Of a stretch of 64,000 bases of DNA, positions 23,409 to 34,897 are shown in pieces. The number at the start of each line of letters is the position of its first letter. Position 1 is the first letter of the stretch. Both the position numbers and the translations under genes were made by a program. The notes beneath the pieces are model-generated. The model was not told where the DNA came from, ran no database searches, and worked only from the letters and a program-made list of their open reading frames with translations. This DNA is from Gammaproteobacteria bacterium (GTDB lineage Bacteria > Pseudomonadota > Gammaproteobacteria > SZUA-152), in the NCBI GenBank assembly GCA_011321815.1, contig DROS01000062.1, positions 27,420-91,419 on the forward strand. Direction: 5' to 3'.

Positions 23409-24078
23409 CGTAATACTCTCCCTTTAGTCTGAGACACCCCATTAACAATAGTGTTTCTGATACAAAAACGATGCTTCAATATTGCGGATTCCATACACAA
23501 CTCACCGTTTCGATAATCAAATTAACCATGTCACTACCAACAATTTTTGTGGCCATAACAAATATCTGACGGAACAAATTAAAACATCATTGGAAGACTG
23601 CTGAGCATTGTTACCCTTCTCGCTTTGATTATTATTTTTTGCCCGGTGACATCGAGCTGTTTACAGTAGTAAATACCGTTGCGCAGATATGCATTATTTA
23701 TACCCTTGCAAGAAATAATCATTTATAACAAAAGAGTAAAATTTTAATTTACCGTGGATACTCTCCCACCCATGCGAAGTGTAAAATTATCCGACGCCCC
23801 ACACAGGTGCGGAATTGATCAAAAAGCAAGCAAGAGTGGCCAGCTTTATACAACAGCCTTCGCTGCCCAAGCTGCTGCCCGTTTAGGTAAGCGAGCGGGA
23901 ACACACGACACTGCACTGATCAACGGAACAGCATTGGGTGTTCACCGCCGTACAAACCACCAGATGGGAATAGAGGAATTTACAAACTTAAAAAAGCTGC
24001 ATTGCAGCCGGAGGGAGGGATGCGAATACACGGGAAAGGGCAAGCCCTGCTGATGTACTGCACGCCCGGTTTTCGACA

Positions 24079-24105
24079 CCGGCCCGGGGTTTTAAACCGG
24101 GCCGG
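24079..24105 (-). terminator. GC-rich hairpin downstream of the 24131..25003 gene
   Basis: CCGGCCCGG-N9-CCGGGCCGG perfect 9 bp stem, 26 nt after the stop. Weak U-tract. Confidence 0.35.
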
Positions 24106-24130
24106 CACGGATGAAAACAACGATTAACCG

Positions 24131-25003
24131 TTATTTATATTTGTATGTGACTTTGACTTTCTTGAAAGAAATGTAATAAAAGAAACGATGTGTGGGAGGC
24201 ATATTACCGTTCATTTCACCATTCGGAATATCAAGGAAAGACAAGTTGAGGTTTATTTTGTCTGGATAGACCAAACCTTCGGAGGCCAGCGATGGATTGA
24301 AAACCTCGCCAGAGGTGGTGCGAACGACACCGTCGTCGCCACGAAACTCTTCAGAGAGCAAAATATGACCACCCCACAATGAACCCTTAGGAGTCATAAA
24401 AGGCAGCGAACCTGATCTATCAGGGAAAGGGTTATCAAAGCGTTGACCATTAAGGGTGATTTTTGCCGGACCCCAAATCGCAACTTGAGCAAAGAACGTA
24501 GGAGTTACGGGTCCACCAATGCCGGTATCGCCATGCAGATAGACGTTGGTGGTGATAGGATCACCCACGATTTCCGTCACTGTGTCCCGGGATGCCCCGA
24601 TACGTATCCCGGTGCCATGAGGCGGTGTGCCGAACGTATCCTGTCTGTATGTCCAGCGACCGTATTCATCTTCCCACTCGGCTCTGATTCTGCCGGTGTT
24701 GGCGATAGGGTCTATTTCCAGTCTGGCGTGACCCTTGATCGGAGTCAAGGCCTGGCCTCCCCAGTCAAAGGAATCGACAGGTTCTGTAGGCACGCCCAGG
24801 ATTCTGTTAGCATCATCGACGGGGCCCGTAACACGGCGGATACGCACAGGATTACTGGCTTTAATGGAAATGCGTGTACTATTTTTCTTTACACCCGGAG
24901 CAGTACTACCACCTTTGCCTCCCCCATGAGCAGCAGCACCGCCGACCCATAGCGCAAGGGCAAGCCCACTGGCAAGAATGCCGAGCTGTGTTGAGCGTTT
25001 CAT
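24131..25003 (-). CDS. hypothetical secreted protein
   Basis: Signal peptide (MKRSTQLGILASGLALALWVGGAAA), Gly-rich linker, C-terminal ...KVKVTYKYK. Confidence 0.45.
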   Translation of the reverse strand: MKRSTQLGILASGLALALWVGGAAAHGGGKGGSTAPGVKKNSTRISIKASNPVRIRRVTGPVDDANRILGVPTEPVDSFDWGGQALTPIKGHARLEIDPIANTGRIRAEWEDEYGRWTYRQDTFGTPPHGTGIRIGASRDTVTEIVGDPITTNVYLHGDTGIGGPVTPTFFAQVAIWGPAKITLNGQRFDNPFPDRSGSLPFMTPKGSLWGGHILLSEEFRGDDGVVRTTSGEVFNPSLASEGLVYPDKINLNLSFLDIPNGEMNGNMPPTHRFFYYISFKKVKVTYKYK

Positions 25004-25790
25004 TATATTCCCTCTTTTTTACTTGTTAATAATCATTCTTGATTGATTACGATTCTGGCCGCCAGCGCAAAATCCTGCTAGCCGTCCGTTGCTAATTGAT
25101 TTGTGTTTTAGCCTCCTTTTTTATTTCTTGAATGGGCGATTTATAGCTTGTGTTTTTTGTTTTTATTATTTTTTATACTTATTTTTTATGGCGTACATAG
25201 CATTACACCGTACGGGATTCTGTTGCGTATTTGCGATCAATGCAATAAGGAATTTTACTTACCTGTATTAGAAGATTACCAATCTCTTGCCTGCTCAATG
25301 CAATGCCGCTGCTATTTTAACTGAGCAATGTAAAAACAGAAAAATAACCAAATCTGTAGTTTTGACAAACTGTTTATTATTGTTAAGAAGAAGACGACAC
25401 ATATTTGTTTACAGCGCTTTACTGTTCGGGCAGTAATTTTATGGTTTTGTTATTTTATAACCACGTTAAAAAACCTACTACAAGTTATGCACTATTCCTC
25501 CCTCTGTAGTATTTCCAAGCCGGAATAAAATTTTTCTCAAAAAAACCACTACAACTGGGTAAAATACTGGTTTTCCAACGAACCATATTCCGTTCCAGCG
25601 TTTCCACGAAAAATCTGTATGCCAATACTGCCTTCCATATTATTTGTCAGTGAATAGCGCACGCCAAGTGCAAAAAAATTTGGATACAGTTTGTATTATT
25701 TCACCATGAATACCGATCACTGCAATCTGGCCGGAAAATACGACACACCTGTAGCGATTGAAATTGAGGTTGTCGCGCTAAAATCAAGAG

Positions 25791-26738
25791 CTAAAACGTA
25801 TATAAAAACCCAACTGAGACTTCGGTAGTATCAGCAAGCCCGTATGTCGTTTCCATTTTCTCTTTTCCTGAGCTGTCAACAAAAGAAAACCGCCTTCTTG
25901 TATTTTGTTGAAATGAAAATGACAGGTAACTTTCATACGTAAACTCATAATCAAGCCGAATACCAGAACTGTTATATTCATCCTCAAAATAACCGCCCTG
26001 CATGCCGGCCACTGGGCTGCTGTCAGAGAGCCTGATTGTGTTGGTTCCGCCTTCACCATAAAACATCGTCGTTGAAAATTTCCTGGTGAAATGATAAGTC
26101 AAACTTGTTTCCGGAAATTCACTGCTTATTTCAAATTCACCCGACCAACCTTCTTTTTTGTCATGATTCCATTCAATTTCGAAATCAACCCCAAGCTCTG
26201 CTCCCGTTGCATCGAGATATTCCAGATTAACATTTAATGTATAGGCCCATGCTTTTGTTGGCTCATAAATAAAGTCTACGCCTAACTCATACTCATTGGA
26301 TTCGCTCATTTCTTTTTCAAAAGAGGATTCGGCCTCAATATAATAATTAAATTCCCAGTCATCACCTATTTCATGCTCATAAGCAAAACCAAACTGTAAC
26401 GTGTTGAAAGTGCTCCAGGGGACACTGTCTACATCAGAAACAAAAATAATATCCCGCGAGTTTGTCCAGTTATAATTCCAGCGTTCGTAATTAAATGTAA
26501 AAACCATATTATTTGTTTCGTACTCAGACTGAACAAGCACACCCGATGTATCAACTTGTGCATTTCCAACATTCAGCGTTGAATCAGATATGCGGAAATA
26601 TTCTATTTCGATACTGCTTTCAGCATGATGGGGGGCATTCGTCGCATCAGTCGCATCGGCTAAAACAACTGACGGTAGGCCAAAAACAAAAATACACGCG
26701 AGTAAAAGAAACCATTTTTCACATATCGGAGACTTCAT
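25791..26738 (-). CDS. putative outer-membrane beta-barrel protein
   Basis: Signal peptide. Alternating aromatic/hydrophilic beta-strand pattern. C-terminal ...VGFLYTF with terminal Phe. Confidence 0.5.
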   Translation of the reverse strand: MKSPICEKWFLLLACIFVFGLPSVVLADATDATNAPHHAESSIEIEYFRISDSTLNVGNAQVDTSGVLVQSEYETNNMVFTFNYERWNYNWTNSRDIIFVSDVDSVPWSTFNTLQFGFAYEHEIGDDWEFNYYIEAESSFEKEMSESNEYELGVDFIYEPTKAWAYTLNVNLEYLDATGAELGVDFEIEWNHDKKEGWSGEFEISSEFPETSLTYHFTRKFSTTMFYGEGGTNTIRLSDSSPVAGMQGGYFEDEYNSSGIRLDYEFTYESYLSFSFQQNTRRRFSFVDSSGKEKMETTYGLADTTEVSVGFLYTF

Positions 26739-27062
26739 GCGATTTATCCTTATAAACTTATATTCAACTCTGGAATAAAGCTACTGTATAAGATATAAAT
26801 CACCTGAACATTACCGTTAAGTTACCAAATGGTAATCCGGTATACTTTTATCAGAAAATGGATAAGGGAAAAACAACCTCTTCAGGCACCTCGCCGGCAC
26901 GCATTTCATCAATGCCTTACCCAAGTGTGCCATGACATGGAACCGGTCCAGGATCTTGATGGCTGATATGTTTTTAGCCAGAGCCCAAAGACTTGCACGC
27001 CTGGGCCCCGGCCTGCGCTGGGGTGCGCTGTGGGATTAGATTTAAAGAAACTGCCTCCCGGT

Positions 27063-28016
27063 TTACCAGAAGCTGCAAATTGTGCTCTGTTCTGGCTTCT
27101 TTGAAGTTACCGCATATTTGTTGGCAGGGACTTTCAATTCCTTGCAAATACAAACACCCTCCTCATTTTCTGCTGCGCACTTCAAAACGGCCTGATAGTT
27201 AAGGGCCGAGTGACAAGCCAGCAAGTCGGCCTTTCCTATCCAGCTGTCTTTGTAGAAGGCAATAATGTAAGCATGAGAGAGATGATGGTAGCCCATGTCT
27301 TCCAGCGGAACACACGGAACCTTGTCGTAGGTGTTTTGCACGCGAAGTGTTCGCGTACTGCTGTTCTGTTGCGCTGGCTGTTGTTCATAAAAGGTAACAA
27401 AATCACGATTACCTACCCGTGGACAGGCGTAATTGATATTCGATGCGGTTATGGAGGGACGTGATAAAGCAACATCCAGCGTAAAGAGTTCGCTCAATGC
27501 TGATCCGAGACTATGGCCGGTAATATACAGTTGCTCGATGGGTTTACCTGAAGTTTCATATTTATCAATCAGGTGAAATAACTGGCTTTGCATGGAAGGT
27601 GTATTCTTCCGGCGTTCACTATAAATATCATAAAACCCGGATTCAACCGTTACCCCTGAAGGTACCGCCACATCTTTTTCATACGGTGTAAATGATGTCG
27701 ACTCCGCGCCAAGGTCATCGAGTATATCCAATATGGACGAGGTGCCACGAAAAGCGAAAATATACGTGTACGGCGCCGCTTTTGAGCGAAATACAACACC
27801 ATAGCATTCAACGGTCTTGTCATGACTGAAAATGGCGTCGATGCCTGTCCAGCATTCGACACATTCAAAACCAGCGGGTGCGGAAATATTTTCTTCCTGA
27901 CATTTTTTTGGCGCATTATCATTAAAGGCGTTGTAGGCCTGGAGACTGGCCTCGATCAACAACAGAATTTTCGTTTTGTCGGTGTCATTAATACTGGTAA
28001 TGTATTGTATTTCCAT
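27063..28016 (-). CDS. class-3 lipase (alpha/beta hydrolase, GHSLG nucleophile elbow), no signal peptide
   Basis: YITGHSLGSALSELFTLDVAL plus the upstream FAFRGT motif, typical of the Lipase_3 family. Cys-rich C-terminus. Confidence 0.65.
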   Translation of the reverse strand: MEIQYITSINDTDKTKILLLIEASLQAYNAFNDNAPKKCQEENISAPAGFECVECWTGIDAIFSHDKTVECYGVVFRSKAAPYTYIFAFRGTSSILDILDDLGAESTSFTPYEKDVAVPSGVTVESGFYDIYSERRKNTPSMQSQLFHLIDKYETSGKPIEQLYITGHSLGSALSELFTLDVALSRPSITASNINYACPRVGNRDFVTFYEQQPAQQNSSTRTLRVQNTYDKVPCVPLEDMGYHHLSHAYIIAFYKDSWIGKADLLACHSALNYQAVLKCAAENEEGVCICKELKVPANKYAVTSKKPEQSTICSFW

Positions 28017-28714
28017 TTCAGAAAACCTCCATAGTGGTTATTTGTCATTATTATGGAACATCTATTCTTCACGGCAAGGTGGACGACCATGTGTCAGGCC
28101 TCATAACAAAATCATCCCGGCGGAAAAACAAGCCGATAACCGGAGCAACCATAGCACAATAATAACCGGAAAAATTTCCTGTACGCGGAAGAAAACCTCG
28201 GGTTTATCAGCAGTCTGTACCAGGCAGCAATACCTACACAAAATTTATCATACCTAAAAAGTACACTGGCCTCTCATTTTCGGCGCACTGTTTTCCAGCC
28301 TATAGAGGTCAAGCCAATCTTTTGCTACTGAGAGTACAGCAGGTTGAATGACATAATTGATCTATGGTTTGGGGCATTGGCCGGTTACATTATTTTCTTC
28401 ACGGAAAAGTAACGTTGGCGCGCCGCACAATTATATGGAAAATTTAAAAATGGTGGATTCGAAAAAAAAGGACCAAAGAAGATAAACCGAATACAACAAC
28501 ATGAAAGACAACTGACGGATTCCTTATCGTTCCTTCGGTTTCATTTTATCGGTAATTTTACCTGGAATATTATCTGGATGATAACATCGTACTGCTGTAG
28601 CCTCGCCCGCAGTTTCATTAATCAGTCTGTTCTGTAAAGGCTAAAAACATATGTATAAAACAAGACAGAAGCGACTAAAAATATAAACCGGACAAATATT
28701 TCATTGAGGAAATT

Positions 28715-29317
28715 ATGAGAAAAAAACTGATTTTTGTGAAACACCTGGTTGCATTGTTTTTATTTTCTTCGGCTTGCCATGCTCAGTCCGGTTTTGATAA
28801 AGCCGGTTTTGGTAGTAACTTTAATGAAGGAAACTTAATAATATACATGCCAATACAGTTTAAAAAATTTATTATTGAACCAACCCTCCGGTGGTCATCA
28901 TATGAAATAAATGAGCGTTTTTATGACGGAAGTGTTGATGAATATGATACGTCAATTTATGAGATTGGCATTGGTGTATTCTCCAAAAATGAAGTCTATG
29001 AAAACACATTTATTAACTATGGCGTCAGAGTAGGGTATTCAGAAGGTGAATATGTATCAAGGTATACCTCTTCCCCCTCTTATTCTTATTCAGACTTTCG
29101 TAAACAGGAAAGTGAAACGTATTTCGTTTCACCAACAATATCATTTGAATATTTTTTGTTCCCCAAAATATCCATTGGTACAAATGTTGGCCTGATTTAC
29201 ACAAAGACCGTAAGAACCTACAAAGATTCAGATTCTGATGCGCACTATGAAAATCGTGCCACCCTGAGGAAAAGCGCGACATATACCACTGAGGCAATAG
29301 TCAGATTCTATTTTTAA
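28715..29317 (+). CDS. small outer-membrane beta-barrel protein
   Basis: Signal peptide. About 8 predicted amphipathic strands. Terminal RFYF. Confidence 0.45.
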   Translation: MRKKLIFVKHLVALFLFSSACHAQSGFDKAGFGSNFNEGNLIIYMPIQFKKFIIEPTLRWSSYEINERFYDGSVDEYDTSIYEIGIGVFSKNEVYENTFINYGVRVGYSEGEYVSRYTSSPSYSYSDFRKQESETYFVSPTISFEYFLFPKISIGTNVGLIYTKTVRTYKDSDSDAHYENRATLRKSATYTTEAIVRFYF

Positions 29318-29399
29318 AAATCCGGCCCGATAAAATAACGTGGGCAAGGTATCACTCAGATTTTTTTCTGTGGCAAGACGGGTGTTATCTTGCCTGCCC

Positions 29400-30950
29400 T
29401 TACACTGATTTCTTTGATCGCATATGCGGAAACAACAGCACATCACGAATAGAGGGTGAGTCGGTAAACAACATAACCAGACGGTCAATACCGATACCTT
29501 CACCGGCTGTGGGTGGCATGCCGTGTTCCAAAGCTGTGATGTAATCCTCATCGTAATGCATGGCTTCGTCGTCACCGGCTTCTTTTTCTTCCACTTGTTT
29601 GCGGAACCGTTCGGCCTGGTCTTCGGCATCATTCAGCTCTGAAAAGCCGTTGGCCAGTTCACGACCACCAACAAAAAATTCAAAACGGTCGGTAACAAAG
29701 GGGTCTTCGTCACTGCGGCGGGCCAGCGGTGATACTTCGGTGGGGTATGCGGTAATAAAGGTGGGATCTTTGAGTTTGTGCTCAACGGTTTTTTCAAAAA
29801 TTTCAATTTGCACCTTGCCCAGGCCGTAGCTGTCCTTCAACGGGATTTTAAGTGATTCAGCGGCCAGTCGGGCAGCGTCCAGAGTCTGCAAATTTTCTAA
29901 CTGCAAGTCGGGATTATAGTGCAAAATGGATTCCACAATGGTCATGCGCGCAAAAGGTTTGCCGAAGTCGAATGTTTCACCCTGATAAGGCAACACGGTA
30001 GTACCGTGAATTTCCTGCGCCATGCCGCGCAGCATTTCTTCGGTGAGGTCCATCAAGTCTTTATAGTCGGCATAGGCCTGGTAAAATTCCACCATGGTAA
30101 ATTCGGGATTGTGGCGGGTGGACAGACCTTCGTTACGGAAGTTGCGGTTGATTTCAAACACCCGTTCAAAGCCACCTACCACCAAGCGCTTCAAATACAG
30201 TTCCGGCGCAACACGCAAATACAAACCCATGTCCAGGGCATTGTGATGGGTGACAAACGGACGTGCTGTGGCGCCGCCAGGGATAACGTGCATCATGGGC
30301 GTTTCCACTTCCATGAAGTCGCGCTCCAGCAAAAACCGGCGCATGTAATCCACCACTTGTGAGCGCACACGGAATGTTGTCCGCGTGACTTCGTTCATGA
30401 TGAGGTCTACGTAACGTTGGCGATATTTGGTTTCCTGATCGGCAAGGCCGTGCCATTTTTCCGGTAACGGACGCAGGGATTTGGTGAGCAGACGAATGTC
30501 ATCCACACGCACGGACAGTTCACCGGTCTGGGTTTTGAACATCACGCCTTCGGCACCGATAATGTCGCCGATATCCCATTTTTTGAATTGCTGGTTGTAA
30601 AAACCTTCGGGTAGTTCATCACGGGTGACAAACAGTTGCATCTTGCCTGACATATCCTGTACATGGGCGAAGCTGGCTTTGCCCATGATACGGCGGCTCA
30701 TCATGCGCCCCGCCACTTTCACACGCACCGGATTGGCTTCCAGCTCTTCTTTTGATTTTTCGCCGTATTCGGCGTGCAGCTCACCTGCCATCACATCACG
30801 GCGGAAGTCATTGGGAAAGGCGTTTCCTGTTTCGCGCAGTGCTGACAATTTGCTGCGGCGCTGTGCGATAAGCGCATTGGTGTCTTCTGCGATTTCGGTT
30901 TTTTGTTTTTTGTTATCTGGCATGGGGTGCATCTCGCTATGTTTTTGCAT
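29400..30950 (-). CDS. lysS: lysine--tRNA ligase
   Basis: …[11 protein letters not shown]… anticodon-binding N-domain. Class II motifs. Confidence 0.95.
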   Translation of the reverse strand: MQKHSEMHPMPDNKKQKTEIAEDTNALIAQRRSKLSALRETGNAFPNDFRRDVMAGELHAEYGEKSKEELEANPVRVKVAGRMMSRRIMGKASFAHVQDMSGKMQLFVTRDELPEGFYNQQFKKWDIGDIIGAEGVMFKTQTGELSVRVDDIRLLTKSLRPLPEKWHGLADQETKYRQRYVDLIMNEVTRTTFRVRSQVVDYMRRFLLERDFMEVETPMMHVIPGGATARPFVTHHNALDMGLYLRVAPELYLKRLVVGGFERVFEINRNFRNEGLSTRHNPEFTMVEFYQAYADYKDLMDLTEEMLRGMAQEIHGTTVLPYQGETFDFGKPFARMTIVESILHYNPDLQLENLQTLDAARLAAESLKIPLKDSYGLGKVQIEIFEKTVEHKLKDPTFITAYPTEVSPLARRSDEDPFVTDRFEFFVGGRELANGFSELNDAEDQAERFRKQVEEKEAGDDEAMHYDEDYITALEHGMPPTAGEGIGIDRLVMLFTDSPSIRDVLLFPHMRSKKSV

Positions 30951-31022
30951 TTTTCCCTCTCCCCTAAGGGGAAAGGGTCGGGGTGAGGGAAAAGGCTGAA
31001 GAGTATTACAATATTAAAAATA

Positions 31023-32121
31023 TCAAAGCCCTGACTTCAAACTCGCTTCAATAAACTGATCCAGTCCACCATCCAACACGGCCTGTGTATTTCCCGTTTC
31101 CACGCCGGTGCGTAAATCCTTGATGCGTGATTGATCCAGCACGTAAGAGCGAATCTGACTGCCCCAGCCGATGTCGGCCTTGCTGTCTTCCACCACCTGT
31201 TGATCGGCATTGCGTTTTTGCATTTCAAATTCGTACAGTTTGGCCTTGAGTTGTTTCATGGCCGAGGCCTTGTTTTTATGCTGTGAGCGATCATTCTGGC
31301 ACTGTACTACGATGCCCGTGGGATTGTGGGTAATGCGCACAGCGGACTCGGTACGGTTAACGTGCTGACCACCGGCACCCGAGGCACGATATACGTCAAT
31401 ACGTAAATCCGCAGGATTGATGTCAATATCAACATCGTCATCTATTTCTGGTGAGACAAACACTGATGCAAACGAGGTGTGCCGACGGCCACCGGAATCA
31501 AAGGGTGATTTGCGCACCAGGCGGTGTACACCGGTTTCGGTACGCAGCCAACCGAAGGCGTATTCACCTTCAAAGTGAATGGTGGCGCTTTTAATGCCTG
31601 CCACGTCACCGTCCGAGGCTTCCACTAATTCGGTTTTAAAACCGTGCGCTTCACCCCAGCGCAGATACATGCGTAACAGCATTTCGGCCCAGTCCTGGGC
31701 TTCGGTGCCGCCGGAGCCGGACTGAATATCGAGGTAGGCATTGTTGGGGTCCATTTCGTTGGAAAACATGCGGCGGAATTCCAGCTTGGCGAGTTGGGTT
31801 TCCAGCTCGTCAAGGTCTGCCACCACGGCATCCACCGTTTCCTGGTCATCCTCCTCGGCGGCCATTTCCAGCAGGTCAGCGGCTTCACCCAGGTTGTTGT
31901 CCATACTGCGAATGGTGTTGACCACCAGTTCCAGCGACGCACGTTCTTTGCCTAATGCCTGGGCGCGCTCAGGATCATTCCAGACCTCGGGGACTTCCAG
32001 TTCGCGCACGACTTCATCCAGCTGTTCGCATTTTGTTTCATAGTCAAAGATACCCCCTCAGAGCGTCGGCGCGCCCTTGCATGTCTTTGATGCGGGAGGA
32101 GATGAGGCTGATTTCGAGCAT
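31023..32121 (-). CDS. prfB: peptide chain release factor 2, with programmed +1 ribosomal frameshift at CTT TGA C (about 32043-32049)
   Basis: Frame 0 encodes [25 protein letters not shown] then TGA. Frame +1 continues [35 protein letters not shown]…, colinear with E. coli RF2. An internal SD AGGGGG sits 3 nt before CUU UGA C. The SPF and GGQ motifs are present downstream. Confidence 0.93.
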
Positions 32122-32457
32122 GTGCAATAAACCCCGTTCAGGCTTGGGAAAAACGCGCCATTCTACAGCAGGTGGCGGCCGGGGTGAATGACGCTGCTCT
32201 TTATTTATTTGTTTTCCACGTCACCGTTGTTGACTGTGGGCCGGGCAATACCGGCATGGGTAGCAGGCTGCGTGTTGTAAACGCAAAGGCCACAAAGCCA
32301 CAGAGGACGCGAAGAAAATTGCGATTTTTAGCGCCTTTGCATGAACTACAGTGACGTTTACAAACAGGCTGAGGTGGCCGGAACATAATTCCGGAGGCAG
32401 GCTGTTGTTCTGGCACGTTGGGGTTCATAAAAAACATTCACCCCAACCTACGCTCTT

Positions 32458-34206
32458 TTAGACTGGCTCGATGTATTCCACCATCAACTGGGCACTACGT
32501 TTGCCATTAAACTCATTGACGTCCAGCCGGTAGGCCAGTTCAACCTGCTTCACATCCACCGGCCAGTCGTCATCGGTGGTATTAAAGGCAATGGCGTCAA
32601 TCACCTGCTGGCTCCCCGCGGGCCGCACTACCAGTTTCAGGTGTTTTTCACCCACAATGCGCCGATTCACCAGTTCAAATACACCGTCAAACAAGGGTTC
32701 GGGAAAACCCTGCCCCCAAGGGCCAGCAGCACGCAGGGCTTCAGCCAGTTCCAGATTCAGTTCATTGTCGCCCAATGCGCCATCACTGAGAATTTCCCGG
32801 CGCAGATCTTCAGCTGTCAGATGACGCCGCACTTCCTCATCAAAGGCCTCACGAAAACGGTCAAAGTCCTCCGCTGCCAGGCTCAGTCCGGCAGCCATGG
32901 CGTGGCCACCAAACTTACTCAGCAAACCAGGGTGGTGGGCCGCCACTGCGTCCAGTGCATCACGAATATGCAGTCCGGGCACGGAACGCGCCGAACCTTT
33001 GAGACTGCCATCATCGGCCTGAGCAAAAATAATCACCGGCCGATGCAGCCGGTCTTTGATACGCGACGCAAGAATGCCGATAACCCCCTGATGCCAGTGG
33101 GGCTCGAACAGACACAGGCCCGTGGGCAGCTCCTCATTTTTATCCTCCGATGCTTCCAGCTCCATTTCATCCAGAATGAGCATGGCTTCTGCTTTCATTT
33201 CGTTTTCAATCTGCCGGCGTTCGTGGTTGAGGTCATCGAGGCGCTGCGCCAGCTCGGTAGCACGCACCGGGTCATCGGTAAGCAGCAGTTCAATACCCAG
33301 CGACATATCGTCCAGCCGGCCTGCGGCATTGAGTCGCGGACCCAGCGCAAAGCCCAGATCCGTAGCGGCCAACGTGGACGGGTTGCGCTTCGCCACAGCA
33401 ACCAGCGCCGAAACGCCCGCCGTGCATTTCCCCGCACGGATGCGCGCCAGTCCCTGCCCCACCAGAATGCGGTTGTTGTGATCCAGTGGCACCACATCCG
33501 CCACCGTGCCCAGTGCCACCAAGTCCAGCAATCCGGCCAGGTGGGGACCGTGCCCATCGGCAAATACACCCTGCTTTCGCAACAGCGCACGCACAGCCAG
33601 CATCACGTAAAAAATCACCCCGACGCCGGCCAGGTGCTTGCTGGGAAAATCATCACCCTGTTGATTGGGATTCACAATAGCCGCTGCCGCTGGCAATGCG
33701 TCACCCTGTAAATGATGGTCCGTCACCAGCACACGAATGCCGCGTTCATTGGCCGCAGCCACACCTTCAATGCTGGAAATACCGTTATCCACGGTAACAA
33801 TTAAATCGGGAATACCGTCAGGTTCGCGTTCTGCCGCCACAGCAACTATTTCCGGCGTCAGCCCATAACCATACTCAAAACGATTCGGTACCAGGTAGTC
33901 CACCTGTGTCGCACCCAGCATGTGCAATGCGCGTACCGCCAGCGCTGAACTGGTGGCGCCATCGCAATCAAAATCCCCGATAACAAGAATGCGTTGTTGG
34001 CTGCTCACCGCCTCGGCCAGCAATGCCGCCGCTGACGCAACACCTTTCAACTGATCCGGCGGCAACAGACAGGCAAGACCTTGCGCCAGTTGTTGTGCAG
34101 ATTCGATACCCCGCTGGACATAAATACGTGCCAGGGTGGGATGAAGACCTGCCCCGGCCAAAACAGCCGTATGGCCAGCGGGGCGGCGGTTAATAGTAAC
34201 GCTCAT
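32458..34206 (-). CDS. recJ: single-stranded-DNA-specific exonuclease RecJ
   Basis: DHH motifs (VIGDFDCDGATS, VTDHH) and DHHA1. Conserved position next to prfB-lysS. Confidence 0.92.
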   Translation of the reverse strand: MSVTINRRPAGHTAVLAGAGLHPTLARIYVQRGIESAQQLAQGLACLLPPDQLKGVASAAALLAEAVSSQQRILVIGDFDCDGATSSALAVRALHMLGATQVDYLVPNRFEYGYGLTPEIVAVAAEREPDGIPDLIVTVDNGISSIEGVAAANERGIRVLVTDHHLQGDALPAAAAIVNPNQQGDDFPSKHLAGVGVIFYVMLAVRALLRKQGVFADGHGPHLAGLLDLVALGTVADVVPLDHNNRILVGQGLARIRAGKCTAGVSALVAVAKRNPSTLAATDLGFALGPRLNAAGRLDDMSLGIELLLTDDPVRATELAQRLDDLNHERRQIENEMKAEAMLILDEMELEASEDKNEELPTGLCLFEPHWHQGVIGILASRIKDRLHRPVIIFAQADDGSLKGSARSVPGLHIRDALDAVAAHHPGLLSKFGGHAMAAGLSLAAEDFDRFREAFDEEVRRHLTAEDLRREILSDGALGDNELNLELAEALRAAGPWGQGFPEPLFDGVFELVNRRIVGEKHLKLVVRPAGSQQVIDAIAFNTTDDDWPVDVKQVELAYRLDVNEFNGKRSAQLMVEYIEPV

Positions 34207-34387
34207 AATAAGGCGGCAACCTGGAATGAATAGTGAAGGCGCATTATACGCAGTGACAGGCGGGAAAATGTAGCCATCTCCGGCGTATACCCGTGGCGTT
34301 TGGGGTTTCGGTTTAAGTGTGCGTCATATTTTCTTCATGACGAGGCGGTGAAATTTTTATGGCAACCGGGGAAACATGCAATAAAAA

Positions 34388-34414
34388 AGGCCTGAACATT
34401 TACTGTTCAGGCCT
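34388..34414 (-). terminator. rho-independent terminator after ppiC
   Basis: AGGCCTGAACA-TTTAC-TGTTCAGGCCT perfect 11 bp stem, flanked by an A-run and T-run (bidirectional-capable). Confidence 0.65.
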
Positions 34415-34449
34415 TTTTCAAAACACCTCTGCTTTTGCCGGAACAGAAC

Positions 34450-34737
34450 TCAGTCTGTACGGCTCGTGACTTCCAGCAAATGATAACCAAACTGGGTTTT
34501 AACCGGGCCTTGTACCGTATTGATATCAGCACTGAAAACCACCTGATCAAACTCCGGCACCATCTGACCGGGACCAAAAGAACCGAGATCACCACCCTGT
34601 GCACCCGAAGGACAACTGGAATGTGCCTTGGCCACTCCACCAAAATCGGCACCCGCCTCGATTTCATCCTTCAATTGCTGACATTGTTCTTCACTGGACA
34701 CCAGAATGTGTCGCGCTGTTGCTGTTGCTGTTGCCAT
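34450..34737 (-). CDS. ppiC: parvulin-type peptidyl-prolyl cis-trans isomerase PpiC (start at MATATATARHILV)
   Basis: HILV…GADFGGVAKAHSSCPSGAQGGDLGSFGPGQMVPEFD…TQFGYHLLEV matches E. coli PpiC. The long N-terminal extension in the ORF track is not supported. Confidence 0.85.
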   Translation of the reverse strand: MATATATARHILVSSEEQCQQLKDEIEAGADFGGVAKAHSSCPSGAQGGDLGSFGPGQMVPEFDQVVFSADINTVQGPVKTQFGYHLLEVTSRTD

Positions 34738-34897
34738 GATGTTCTCCACTGTTTGGATTACCTGAAAATACCCTGTGCAAAAATACACCCGGTAGATTTT
34801 GCGCAGTATAACAGAGCCGGGGCAGCCCGAGAAACAGCCGTACTGACAACCGCAAAGCACCCTACCTTCATCACAATCAATCATAATATGGTATGAC

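Noticed and set aside
32641-33711. 356 aa plus-strand ORF and other long antisense ORFs (for example 6623..7177, 14713..15294, 36481..36801, 38002..38445)
   Set aside because: They lie entirely inside well-supported genes on the opposite strand (recJ, vgrG, pheT, PLD genes), have low-complexity Arg/Ser/Pro-rich translations and no RBS. These are typical shadow ORFs.
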